Origin: Heteronotia binoei
Lineage: Eukaryota
Assembly: GCF_032191835.1 (NCBI RefSeq)
Contig: NC_083233.1
Span: 53,754,001-53,818,000 of the forward strand
Length of the DNA stretch: 64,000 bases
Direction of reading: 5' to 3'
The position numbers were made by a program, and so were the translations under genes. The notes under the pieces are model-generated. The model did not search any database. It worked only from the letters and a program-made list of their open reading frames with translations, and was not told the origin of the DNA. Of the stretch, positions 1 to 10,801 are shown one piece after another (positions within the stretch are counted from its first letter, which is position 1; every line of letters starts with the position of its first letter).

Positions 1-77
1 AATTAAAGGAATGAATTACTCTATTCTGCTCCCTGGAAGAATCCTGGAAGAAGGGGAACTTTTGAATGAGGTAGGTA

Positions 78-374
78 GAGCCGGTGGCGCAGAGTGGTAA
101 AGCTGCAGTACTACAGTCCAAAGCTCTGCTCATGACCTGAGTTCGATCCCAGCAGAAGCTGGTTCAGGTTGTTGGCTCCAGGATGACTCAGCCTTCCATC
201 CTTCCAAGGTTGGTAAAATGAGTACCCAGCTTGCTTGGGGTAAAGTGTAGATGACTGGGGAAGGCAATGGAAAACCACCCATAAAAAGTCTGCCATGAAA
301 ACGTTGTGAAAGCAACATCACCCCAGAGTCAGAAACGACTGGTGCTTGCACAGGAGACTACCTTTACCTTTTTT
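78..374 (+). mobile_element. Sauria-type tRNA-derived SINE
   Basis: A-box-like TGGCGCAGAGTGG (~85), B-box GAGTTCGATCCC (~139-150) and an (ACCTTT)n-type 3' tail typical of Sauria SINE/Bov-B. Confidence 0.8.
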
Positions 375-830
375 AGGCTTGGAGTGAAGGAAATAAAGGA
401 AATCAGGGGGTGGAAAGAAAGAAATAAAACATCCTGGGCAAGGATAACAAGAGAAACATAACAGAAAAGTCACAGCAAGAGATACTTGTTATCACAAATT
501 ACAAAAAGTAACAGAAAAGAGTGGAAGCTTTTGAGTATAGCCACTTTTGTCATTAGGCTGGAATGTTTTTAAAAAGTGTATGGTGGTGTTAGGCTTGCCA
601 ATCTCCAGGTCCCAGCAGGGGCTCTCCCAGTTTGACAGGCTCTTTTCCAACCCCAGTCAGCTGGTCGGCAGGGGGAAGCCCTGCCTCAACAGCCTCCATG
701 TGCCTTCAAAACTCGGTAGGCTTAGCAAGATGCTGGGAACAGCTTGCTTCTAGAAAGATGTCTGCCTTTAAATCTTCCAGGCAGGCTGAATGGGGGTGGG
801 GTGAGCCTGCAGAACAATGTGCCTGTTGGA

Positions 831-1582
831 TAGGGTTGCCAAGTCCAATTCAAGAAATATCTGGGGACTTTGGGGGCAGAGCCAGGAACAAGGCTGTGAC
901 AAGCATAATTGAACTCCAAGAGAGTTCTGGCCATCACATTTAAAGGGACAGCACACCTTTTTAAATGTCTTCCTTCCATAGGAAATAATGAAGGATAGGG
1001 GCACCTTCTTTTGGGGCTCATAGAATTGGACCCCCTGGTCCAATCATTTTGAAACTTAGGGGGTACTTTGGAGAGAGGCACTAGATACTATATTGAAAAT
1101 TTGGTGCCTCTACCTCAAAAAACAGCTCCCCCAGAGCCCCTGAAACCTCCAGAACAATCCCCCATTATACCCTATGAGAATCGATCACATAGGGAACTAA
1201 TGAAGACGTTTCCCTCTCCCCCCCCCCTTTCTGGCGAGTCTGAAGCAGTGGATCGGCCTCTCTACTCACCAGTTGCTGCCAGCTTCTTCACAGAAACACA
1301 GACACGCCATCCTAAATTGAAGCCTTTCAAGTCAAGCCTCTGGAGGTGCAAAGGCACATGGTCCTTTGCGGGAGGGGCTCCCTCTCCCCCCCCCCCCCGC
1401 CAGCCAGCTGATTGGGGGCGGGAAGCAGCCTGGGAAAACTGAAGAAAGGCTGCTGCAATTGGTGCTGGAAGGGAAGGGCAAGGAGAAGCCGCTGGGATCA
1501 GGGCTGGGTGATTTTTGGCGAGCGGGAGGAGAAGGCTCCAAATCGGGGGTCCCCCAGCTAGGCGGGGGATTTGGGAAGCCTA
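831..1582 (+). mobile_element. Non-autonomous hAT (Blackjack-like) DNA transposon, subfamily A
   Basis: Termini TAGGGTTGCCAA / TTGGGAAGCCTA form an imperfect TIR. Perfect 8-bp TSD CTGTTGGA (823-830, 1583-1590). Confidence 0.9.
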
Positions 1583-2267
1583 CTGTTGGAAGAGAAGGAG
1601 CCCAGAACCTCCATTTGTTTTACAGTCCCTTGAGAAGTCGTTTGCATACAAAAATAGTAAGTTTTGGTTTCCCTGCGTTAGTCCGATGAACTGGGTTGAG
1701 TATAAAGCAGTCAACAAATCCCATAGTGAGTAAATTGCCCCAATGAGACCACAAAGTGTGTGCTTCCAAACTGTGTTTATTTTGGCAGCTATGTGCCTTT
1801 GTGTGTGTGTGTGTGTGTGTGATAGAGAGAGAGAGAGTGGAAGTGCAGCCAACTGCTTGGGGATGACAAAATGAAGATTGTATTCAGGGGAACTGCACTG
1901 CTGTGTTTTTATTATTTATTTTAGGGAATGGAAAAGTCTCCCAGCCCCACCCTCAAAGTCCCCAGATATATTCTGAGTTAGACTTGGCAACCCTAGGTGG
2001 CATAGGAAGATGTTTTAGTTAGACTGTGCTCTTAAGACCCTTTCTCTGCAGGTTGTATGGAATGCCCTTCAGACTTGGGTTGCATCCACATGAATGTCTT
2101 TGCTGAACTTTGGCCTCCTTCCAAGAGCACTGTTTTCAGGAACATCCACATGACATTATCCACTCTACTGCCATGCCCCTCTACTCCTTGGCTTGATCTC
2201 TCCCAGCTCAAATGCAATGTAATCTTTTGGGAAATATCACAGTCAAAGCAACTTTGTGGATGTGAAG

Positions 2268-3064
2268 TAGGGTTGCCAAGTCCAATTAAAGAAAAATCTG
2301 GGGACTTTGGGGGCAGAGCCAGGAGACTTTGGGGGTGGAGCCAGGAGACTTTGGGGGTGGAGCCAGGAACAAGGATGTGACAAGCATAATTGAACTCCAA
2401 GGGAGTTCTGGCCATCACATTTAAAGGGACAGCTCACCTTTTAAAATGCCTTTCTTCCATAGGAAATAATTAAGGATAGGGGCACCAACTTTTGGGCTCA
2501 TAGAATTGGACGCTCTGGTCCAATCGTTTTGAAACTTGGGGGATATTTTGGGGAGAGGCACTAGATGCTATACTAAAAATCTGGTGCCTCTACCTCAAAA
2601 AATTGCCCCCCCAGAGCCCCTAATACCCACGGATCAATTTCCTATTATTCCCTATGGGAATCGTTCTCCATAGGGAATAATAGAGTGCCTAGTAGAAATT
2701 TCCCTCCCCCCCCCACGCTTTCTAAAGGGGGGGAGGGCCTCCATACCAGGGAATCTCCCCTCCCTGCCCCCTCCCTCTCTCACACACACAAATACTTACT
2801 TGGTCTTCTTCCGGAGAACTCTACCTACTGTGAAAACGAAAGCAAAGAAAGGGAGGGGCCGTTCTCCGAAGCTCTTCCTGTTTCCTGCTTCCTGCCCAGC
2901 CTTAAAGGGGCAGACATTTTACAAACTGCTCAGGAGCTCTACAACAGCATGAAGCCTACAGGTATGTTCTCCCCCCCTCCACCCGCTTCCCAATTTTTGG
3001 AGAGCGGGAGATGAAGCTGGGAACCCAGAAGTCTCCCGCCAAAGCGGGAGGGTTGGGAAGCCTA
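2268..3064 (+). mobile_element. Non-autonomous hAT (Blackjack-like) DNA transposon, subfamily B
   Basis: Same termini, perfect TSD ATGTGAAG. Near-identical to the copy at 38648-39472. Confidence 0.9.
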
Positions 3065-3294
3065 ATGTGAAGGTACACATTTTTGCAGGTTCTGTCCACG
3101 TCCATACCATTTTTTTGCCTCAGCTCTTCACAACTTTCACTTTTTTTTCTTCAACAGATGTTTCTTTTGTTCCTTTGTTCTGCATTTAGCATAGGAACAC
3201 TTCAATCTCTGTACTGCTTGTTTCTTTGCTATCTTTGTGGAAACTGAGTGTTCTTTTCTCAGTCACTGACACTATAACATACTGCATATCAAGT

Positions 3295-3725
3295 TGTAAC
3301 AACCCTGGGCCTAGTGAGGCCTATAGGCTCCAGAGAAACTTGCCTAGGAGTTACTAAAGAAAGCCTACATTTCCCAGGATCTCTTCTGTCCCTCTGATAG
3401 GGAGCAAGGTTTTGGAGAGAAACTAGCCCAGAGAAGGGTGGGACCTGTGAGGAAAGCATAAAAGGGCCAAGCACAGATTGGGTGTGTTTGCTCTTGAAAA
3501 GGCTGCAGGAGAGAAGACAGCAGGAGAGATCCCTCATCCAAGGGGTGAGTTTGGTATTAGAGCAGGAAACGTTTAGCAAGTCGTGTTTGGGCTTTTCCTT
3601 TTGTGTTGCACCACCTTTACTGTATATATATTTCACAATAGCACTGTTTTTACCCACATTATTTGAGCACTGTAAATAAACTGTTGTTGTTATACTGCTT
3701 GGGTCCTCATGTCTCCTTGGTCACA
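3295..3725 (+). mobile_element. Probable solo LTR
   Basis: TGTAAC...GTCACA termini, TATA-like CATAAAA (~3458), AATAAA (~3675) and an internal GGTGAGT donor. No matching TSD found. Confidence 0.5.
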
Positions 3726-3888
3726 GTTAAGTATTTACTAATAAGGAAGACAAGGGTGGTTGGGTGTTCTGGGCCCTCCCAGAGTGGTGGCAGCCAGTAG
3801 AAGGCCCTCCTAGGCCCCTGCTGTGTGACACAAGTGAAAATAGTTTGTAATTCTCCATATTTGATGTATCACTAGAAACAGAGGGACA

Positions 3889-4157
3889 AAGTTTCAAAAC
3901 GATTGGACCAGGGGGTCCAATTCTATGAGCCCCCAAAGAAGGTGCCCCTATCCTTCATTATTTCCTATGGAAGGAAGACATTTAAAAAGGTGTGCTGTCC
4001 CTTTAAATGTGATGGCCAGAACTCCCTTGGAGTTCAATTATGCTTGTTACACCCTTGCCCCTGGCTCCGCCCCATGTCTCCTGGCTCCACCCCCAAAGTC
4101 TCCTAGCTCCACCCCCAAAGTCCCCAGATATTTCTTGAATTGGACTTGGCAACCTTA
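3889..4157 (-). mobile_element. Truncated copy of the Blackjack-like hAT left arm
   Basis: Reverse complement of the first ~270 bp of 831-1582 and 4493-5150. Confidence 0.8.
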
Positions 4158-4492
4158 TAAACAAAATGCATTTTGTGGCCTTGTATTCTGTCTGACAAAA
4201 ATTGGTGTCCATCTGATCTGGATTAAAAGACTAATTTGTTTATAAGAGAGTTTCAATTTATAAAAGCATGTTAATTTGTCTGTTAGGCACTTCGACTTCT
4301 TAAAGAGTGAAATACAAACCATTTAAAAATTTTAAAAGCTTATTATTAAATCATTGCAAACTTAATTTAGCGACACATTTTGTGCTGCTAATTTTTTTGT
4401 TGTATGTTCAAAAGATGAACTTTTAGTGCCCAAGCCCTATTTTCATATAGGGTTGCCAGCTCTGGGCATTTCGAGATTTGGGGGATAATGAG

Positions 4493-5150
4493 TAGGGTTG
4501 CCAAGTCCAATTCAAGAAATATCTGGGGACTTTGGGGGTGGAGCCAGGAGACTTTGGGGGTGGAGCCAGGAGACATCGGGGCAGAGCCCGGAACAAGGGT
4601 GTGACAAGCATAATTGACCTCCAAGGGAGTTCTGGCCATCACATTTAAAGGAACCGCACACCTTTTTAAATGACTTCCTTCCATAGGAAATAATGAAGGA
4701 TAGGGGCACCTTCTTTTGGGGCTAATAGAATGGGACCCCCTGGTCCAATCGTTTTGAAACTTGGGAGGTACTTTGGGGAGAGTCACTAGATACTATACTG
4801 AAAATTTGGTGCCTCTACCTCAAAAAACAGCTCCCCCAGAGCCCCCGAAACCTCCAGATCAATTCCCCATTATACCCTATGAGAATCAATCTCCACATAG
4901 AGAATAATGCTCAGCAGACGTGAGAGGATGCAAGGACTACAAGTCGCAGCATGCACCTCGCGAAGGGAGGCCAGACTGGAGCAAATAGCAGGCCAGCGGA
5001 GGGCGGGTCTTTGTAACTCGGAGGAAGGGAGAAGCAGGTAAAGAGACACGACGCGGTTCCACCCCCGCTATCAGATTTTTAGGGAGCAGGGGATTAGGCT
5101 GCTAATCCAGGGGTGCCCCGGCAGGGCGGGGGGGGGGGTTGGGAAGCCTA
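4493..5150 (+). mobile_element. Non-autonomous hAT (Blackjack-like), subfamily C, nested in an older related MITE starting at 4448
   Basis: Same termini; TSD ATAATGAG/ATAAGGAG (7/8). Confidence 0.85.
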
Positions 5151-5191
5151 ATAAGGAGAGGTCTCTGTGCATGTTCTCAGGTCCTCATTGT

Positions 5192-7490
5192 CAGGGCCAG
5201 ATTAAACCCTGTGGAAGCCCGTAGGCAGTTGAAATCTTGAAGGCCCCCTTGCAAATTATCTCAAGAGTTGGAGCACCCACCCCACTGCCCATGGCCCCGC
5301 TGCAGCTTGCAGGTACCGGTGGCTAAAAAGGCAAATGCAATATTGGGCTGTATTAACAGAAGCATTGTGTCCAGATCACGTGAAGTGATGGTATCACTTT
5401 ACTCTGCTCTGGTAAGACGTCACCTGGAGTATTATGTTCAGTTTTGGGCACCGCATTTTAAGAAGGATATAGACAAGGTGGAACGGGTCCAGAGGAGAGC
5501 GACAAAGATGGTGAGGGGTCTGGAGACCAAGTCCTATGAGGAAAGGTTGAAGGAGCTGGGCATGTTTAGCCTAGAGAGAAGACGGCTGAGAGGTGATATG
5601 ATCACCATATTCAAGAAGATTTGAACCCGGGCCTCCCAGAACCTAGCCTGACACTCTTAGCCACTACTCCACACTTGCAGTAAATAAAAATAAAGGAGGG
5701 AAGAATGCACAAAGGCAGTGCTTTCAGCTGCCATGGAGAATATACGCATCGATGGTGCCAGACTTCCTGGGAGTAAGTCCTATTGAATAGACCAGAGTAG
5801 GATTCTGAGTAGACATGCTTAAGACCCAGAGTCACTCTCAGCTTAACCTACCTTCACAAGTTGTGAAGATAAAAATGAAGGAGGGGAGAACAGAAAGGTG
5901 GCAGGCTATATATATTACAGGAAGTAATGATTGGGGGGAAAGTCACAGTGTTGAATTAGGGCTACTGTCAAGGAGCTGGAGTTCTCTGTGAAAGACAACT
6001 GATCTCCAGAATTTACCCAGAGTAAATGGCCACTTTCAAGGGTAGATCTAGGGATCCATTCAGCTCCCCCCTGCCCGAGGCACAGCCCCCAGCTCCAGGA
6101 ATTTCCTAAACTGCAGGGCCGTAGCCAGGATTTGGAAGGTTGGGGGTGGCATTTACATCCTTCAGGGAGGCACTGATGCCCCCCCGCGCCCCACACAACC
6201 TTCCCTGTAGTTGCTCTCCCTCTCCGCCCCAGTCACCAGAGCTGCCACCTACTTGCAAGTAGCCCCATGCCTGCCACCTACTCGTGGGGCTACTTGCAGG
6301 AAGGGGGGGAGGCAAGCAGCAGAGGCCAGGAGAAGCAGCCCTGATCGGGGCTGGGAGGGAGGGAAAGGAGGTGGGAGAAGCAGAGGTGATCAGGGCTGGG
6401 AGGGAGGGGAAGAGGTCAGGAGAAGCCAGCGATGGGGGCTGGAAGGAAGGGGAAGGAGGGAGGAGAAGCGGCCATGATCGAGGCTAGGAGGGAGAAGAGG
6501 CCAAGAGAAACCGGTGAGAGGGGCAGAAGCAGCCCCCCACATCCCCCCCCACTAGTTAAAGGGCCGAATGATCAGTTATTTAATGGGTCCTTTAACTAGC
6601 ACGGGATCTGGGGCTGCTTCTGCCTTCAGCCCAGCGCACTATTTTAATGGTGGGGAAGGGAGGGTGGTGGTGAGAGGTAGGCAAGGAAGAGCTTCCCTCT
6701 TCTCCCTACTGCTTTCCCCACCACCACTTTTCCCTTCTCTTCCCTCCCTGTCACTCTGGTCACCACCCTCCTATCCTTACCCACCACTAAAACAGTGGGC
6801 AGAGCCTACAGCAAAAACAGCCCCCAACTCCCCCCAGGAGTTAAAGTGTTGGCTGGCCTGGCGCTGCCAGATGCAGAAGAGGGGCTGAGGAGTTGCTGAA
6901 GGGCAGGCAAGCCTGACGGAGCCGGCTTGTCTGGCTGGCTTCATCACTTTTTGCTGCAGGCAATTCGGATTTCTGCTTCTGACTTTCTCACTTTTTTTTT
7001 GCTGCAGGCAATTCAGATTTCTGCTTTTGGGAATGGGAAGTATCCTGTGCCCGCTGCCCACCACTCAACCAGAGCCCAGGAGTTTTGCAAAGGCTTCCCT
7101 TTCCTCCCCGCCTGACTCAGCTGAAAGTGTCTTGCAATGAGCGCAGAAGCGGTTTTCTCGCTCCAGGGATGGGTTTCCCTGGGGCTGGGCCAGCAGATGG
7201 GGAGGAGGTGGAGCAGCTGGACAAAGAAGAAAACAACGGGGAGGGATCAGGTGAATTGGGAAGGGACGAACAGGGAAGCAACAAGGGAAGCGACAGGGAG
7301 GGAGGGGGTGGACGGATGAAGGGGGAAGCGATGGGGAGGAGGCGAGGCAGGCAAGCTGAGGGGAAGAGGCAAACTAGCCGCGGGCTGCGGGGGAGAGAAC
7401 TGGGGGGGGGGGGAGCTGGCCCGTTGCCCCTAAAAGCCTTGGGGACCCATAGGCAAGTGCCTCATTTGCCTAATTGTTAATCCGGCCCTG
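5192..7490. mobile_element. Composite hAT (Tip100-like) element with internal insertions
   Basis: TIR CAGGGCCAGATTAA / TTAATCCGGCCCTG; TSD CTCATTGT/CTCACTGT (7/8). Confidence 0.7.
5290..5618 (+). mobile_element. CR1 LINE ORF2 C-terminal fragment
   Basis: Translation [21 protein letters not shown]...[35 protein letters not shown]...[13 protein letters not shown] matches the CR1 RT C-terminus. Confidence 0.9.
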
Positions 7491-7749
7491 CTCACTGTCC
7501 CAGGAAAAAGAGACTGACTTCCTGTTCATCACCTCTGTTTTCCCCTCCCACATGACCCAGTCAGCCCAGCTCAAAGAAGAGTTTCCTCCAGCTCCTTTAT
7601 AGAGATTTTCCTGGAAGGGGGGAAGATGGGAGAAGCTTGATCATCCCATTGTCTTTTAGCTAGCCCCATTAGCATCTGTATGGAGGTGAGCCTGAAAAGC
7701 CATTGATGGACTTCTTTCTTTCTAGCCTGAATAATTTAAACATTATGAG

Positions 7750-7965
7750 ATAAAATATTTTAACTTCTCTTCCTTTTTCAGGTTTCCAGAAATTGTAAAT
7801 ATTGTCAATAGTAATATTATTCCCGTTAGACCTATGCAGTTTAATTCTCATTAAGTTCTCCAGGTGATCAGTATCTAGCTGATTTCTAGTCTTAGTTTTA
7901 ATGGCATTCATCAAGCTAAAACATCTCTCGCCATCAGCACTTGAGGCTTGAAAAGTCCCACAAAA
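7750..7965 (-). mobile_element. hAT transposase C-terminal dimerisation-domain remnant
   Basis: Open frame CGTFQASSADGERCFSLMNAIKTKTRNQLDTDHLENLMRIKL resembles the hATC motif (S..ER.FS.M..IKT..RN.L). Confidence 0.7.
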
Positions 7966-8846
7966 CTTGTATGCTGGTTGTATGTTTGATGTGGAAGGAA
8001 CTTACAAAGCCATGACTCCAGATCCTCTTTTAACAGCAACAGTAATTTATTTATTCAATCCATCTGTACCCTGACTTTCACTCCAATGACAACCCAAAGC
8101 AGCTTACATTATTCTCCTCTCCTCCATTTTATCCTGTGAGGGGGGTTAGCCTGTGACAGAATAACTGGCCTAAGGGCATCCAGTGAACTTCCATGGCATG
8201 AGTGGAGACTCAGATCTTGGTATTCCAGACACTAGTCCAACATGGTTAACCATGACATCACACTAGTGCAATCCTGAAATGAGTAATCCTTTCAAGCATA
8301 AAGCATCCTGAAGCCCTGAGTCACCATTCAGTTATCAGAACTCTGAAATATTCTAGAAGTAGTAGATTTTAACTTCCCCTTCACCTCCAGCAAAAACTGT
8401 ATCTCCTAGAAACCTGATTGTAAAAGACATCCACTTTAAATTCCGCAGGATTGTATTAATATGACTTGAGTGCTCACAGGTGTGTGGCAAATGTCTCTTT
8501 ATTTACCAGTACAATGCAAAGGGCATTTGTTGCCTTATTACAATCAGATGTTTGGCTCAAAAACTAGTGAAAGGAATGCAAAATAAGCTGCCTTGTCAGT
8601 GAAGAACTTGTGCAAGGATGATGAGAGTTGCTGCCAGTGGTCATTATACTGCTTACATACAAACGGAAGCAATAGGAGAAACCTCACACCTCTGCCTTTT
8701 GTTCCTGTGGGAGGGGCAGGGAAATGTGCAAGCTTGGATGCTAGGCAGAGAGAGAGGGATTCTACACGGTGGCAGTGGTGGGGGGGATGACTAACCACCC
8801 ACACTTTCTCCTTGCTTAACACAACTCAACTGAACATCCCTGCAGC

Positions 8847-9036
8847 CAGAGCTTTTTTTGTAGAAAAAGCCCAGGAGGAATTCATTTGCATATTAGGCCA
8901 CACTCCCTGATGTCACCAGTGTTCTACACAGGGCTTTCTTTGTAGAAAAAGCCCAGCAGGAACTCATTTGCATATTAGGTCACACCCCCTGATACCAAGC
9001 CAGCCAGAACTGCATTCCTGCTCAAAAAAAGCCCTG
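8847..9036. mobile_element. hAT MITE, CAGGGCTTTTTT family (two octamer-containing units)
   Basis: TIR CAGAGCTTTTTTT / AAAAAAAGCCCTG; TSD CCTGCAGC/CCCACAGC (6/8). Confidence 0.75.
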
Positions 9037-9479
9037 CCCACAGCCCACTTAGGTGGTGCAGCACAAGAAATGCAGTGGGAAGATGCTGGGGTAGCAAGGC
9101 AGAGCAAGTGCTTGGTGATGCCATCCTCCCACGTGGCCCCACCTGCTCCTGTTTTGTTACTGAAAAACACTCTCCTTCACCTTCCCTTTGCACGCACTCT
9201 CTACCTTTTATACTCTCTTTCCTGCACGCAGATGCTGAGGGCTGCCAGTTCAGCTTCCTTCTCCTCCCCTCATCCTCCCTTCTCTCCTAGGTCTGAAGTG
9301 TCACCAGGTAGCTGAAGGGTAGGTTGGTGGTGAAGGAGGGGGAGGTGCCGTAGAGGCAGCAGAGGCACTTTCCTGCACTGAGCCAAAACCTGTGAGCTAA
9401 GGGCCAAATATCTGTGTAGTAGTGCAAACTAGCAAAGTTTAGGGGGAACTATCTCTGAGGAACAGGAAGGTAGGACCTT

Positions 9480-10801
9480 TGCATCAAACTCTTAACACAC
9501 AGTGCGCATTTATGAGGCTCCTCCCATGTTTGGACTATCAGTACTTAAGCGGATATGAGCTGGTCCCGAATCTCTTCCTTACCTGAGAGCACATAATATG
9601 TTTTCTTCCTTGTGAGATCTAGTTCACTCTTCAGTCATGGGTAGATCAGTTTCTACAGTCCAAGAATTCTTAGATCAGGGGTGGCCAAACTTCCTTAATG
9701 TAAGAGCCACATAGAATAAATGTCAGATGTTTGAGCTACAAGACATGAACATCAGATGTTTGAGGGAAGGAAGGAAGGAACAAAAATAGATGGAAGGGGA
9801 GAGAAAAGAAAACAACTTTAAATGCATTCTCCAAGCTACTGGCTGGCTTGTCTTGCAGAAGTCATTTAAAGAGAAATATGGCTTCTCCAAGATGGCTGAT
9901 GGGGGCTGCAAGAGCCACACAGTATGTGTGAAACAGCCACCTGTGACTCCCGAGCCACAGTTTGACCATCCTTGTCTTAGATGCTGTTGATGCCTTGCTA
10001 ACGGAATCTCTTTCCACACCCTGAGCATTCAAAAGATTTCTCTTCTCTGTGAGTTCCTAAAAGCTCTTGAAGAGTTCCACTCTGATTGAATTCTTCCCTC
10101 CCCCATACACACACTCTGAACATTCAGACGACTTATCCACTTTGTGGATTCTTTGATACTGCTGAAGATTGGAATTCCAAAGGAACTTTCCACATTCTGA
10201 GCATTTAAAAGGTTTTTCTCCTGCGTGGGTTCATAAATATTTTGGAGATTGCCCCTCAAATAGTATTTATTTCCACACTCTGAGAATTTTTTACTGTAAT
10301 TTAAATTTTAATCTAATCGCTGGTTTAAGAAATGTATTTTAATGGTTATGTTGTATTTATTGTTACATCATGGTGTGATCCACCATGTCCCGTAAGCCGC
10401 CGTGAGCCTGCTTCGGCGGGGAGGGCGGGGTATAAATAAAAATTTATTATTATTATTATTAATTCACACGGTTTCTCCCTGGTGTGTGTTCTTTGCTGGT
10501 GTTGAAGACCGCCACAAGAACTGAATCTCTTTTAACATTCTAAGCATTTAAAAGCAGTTCTTAGATGCTGTGCCTGTGGATTCTTAGATGTTGAAGAGTG
10601 CTACTCTGACTCAATTTCTCCACCCTGAGCATTCAATAGGCTTCTCCCCTGTGTAAGTTTTTTGATGCAGTTGAAAAAGGCCTCTCCAGCTGAAGTTATT
10701 TCCACATTCTGAGCATTCAAAAGGTTTTTCTCCTGTGCGGATTCTTAGATACTTTGGGATACTAGAACTCATACTGACTTTCTTCCCATACTCTGAAACA
10801 T
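9480..10801 (-). pseudogene. Relic C2H2 finger array downstream of the ZNF stop codon (presumed 3' UTR)
   Basis: Repeated degenerate TGEKPFECSECG-type units (e.g. LRIRTGEKPFECSECGNNFSWRGLFQLHQKTYTGEKPIECSG) with lost Cys/His, frameshifts and TE interruptions. Confidence 0.75.
9676..9974 (+). mobile_element. hAT (Charlie/Ac-like) MITE inserted in relic zinc-finger sequence
   Basis: TIR CAGGGGTGGCCAAAC; perfect TSD TCTTAGAT. Same family as 28723-29045 and 61543-61849. Confidence 0.9.

Noticed and set aside
78-155. tRNA gene (also SINE heads at 30114, 36309, 41055)
   Set aside because: A/B boxes are present but they continue into SINE bodies, with no complete cloverleaf.
2305-2370. CRISPR-like or regulatory repeat array (GGAGCCAGGAGACTTTGGGGGT)n
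   Set aside because: A spacer-less 22-bp minisatellite internal to the hAT family, in a vertebrate genome.
722-4786. Recurring ORFs such as MSPKRRCPYPSLFPMEGRHLK...
   Set aside because: They repeat only because they are translations of the same non-autonomous transposon arm; no domain or splice support.
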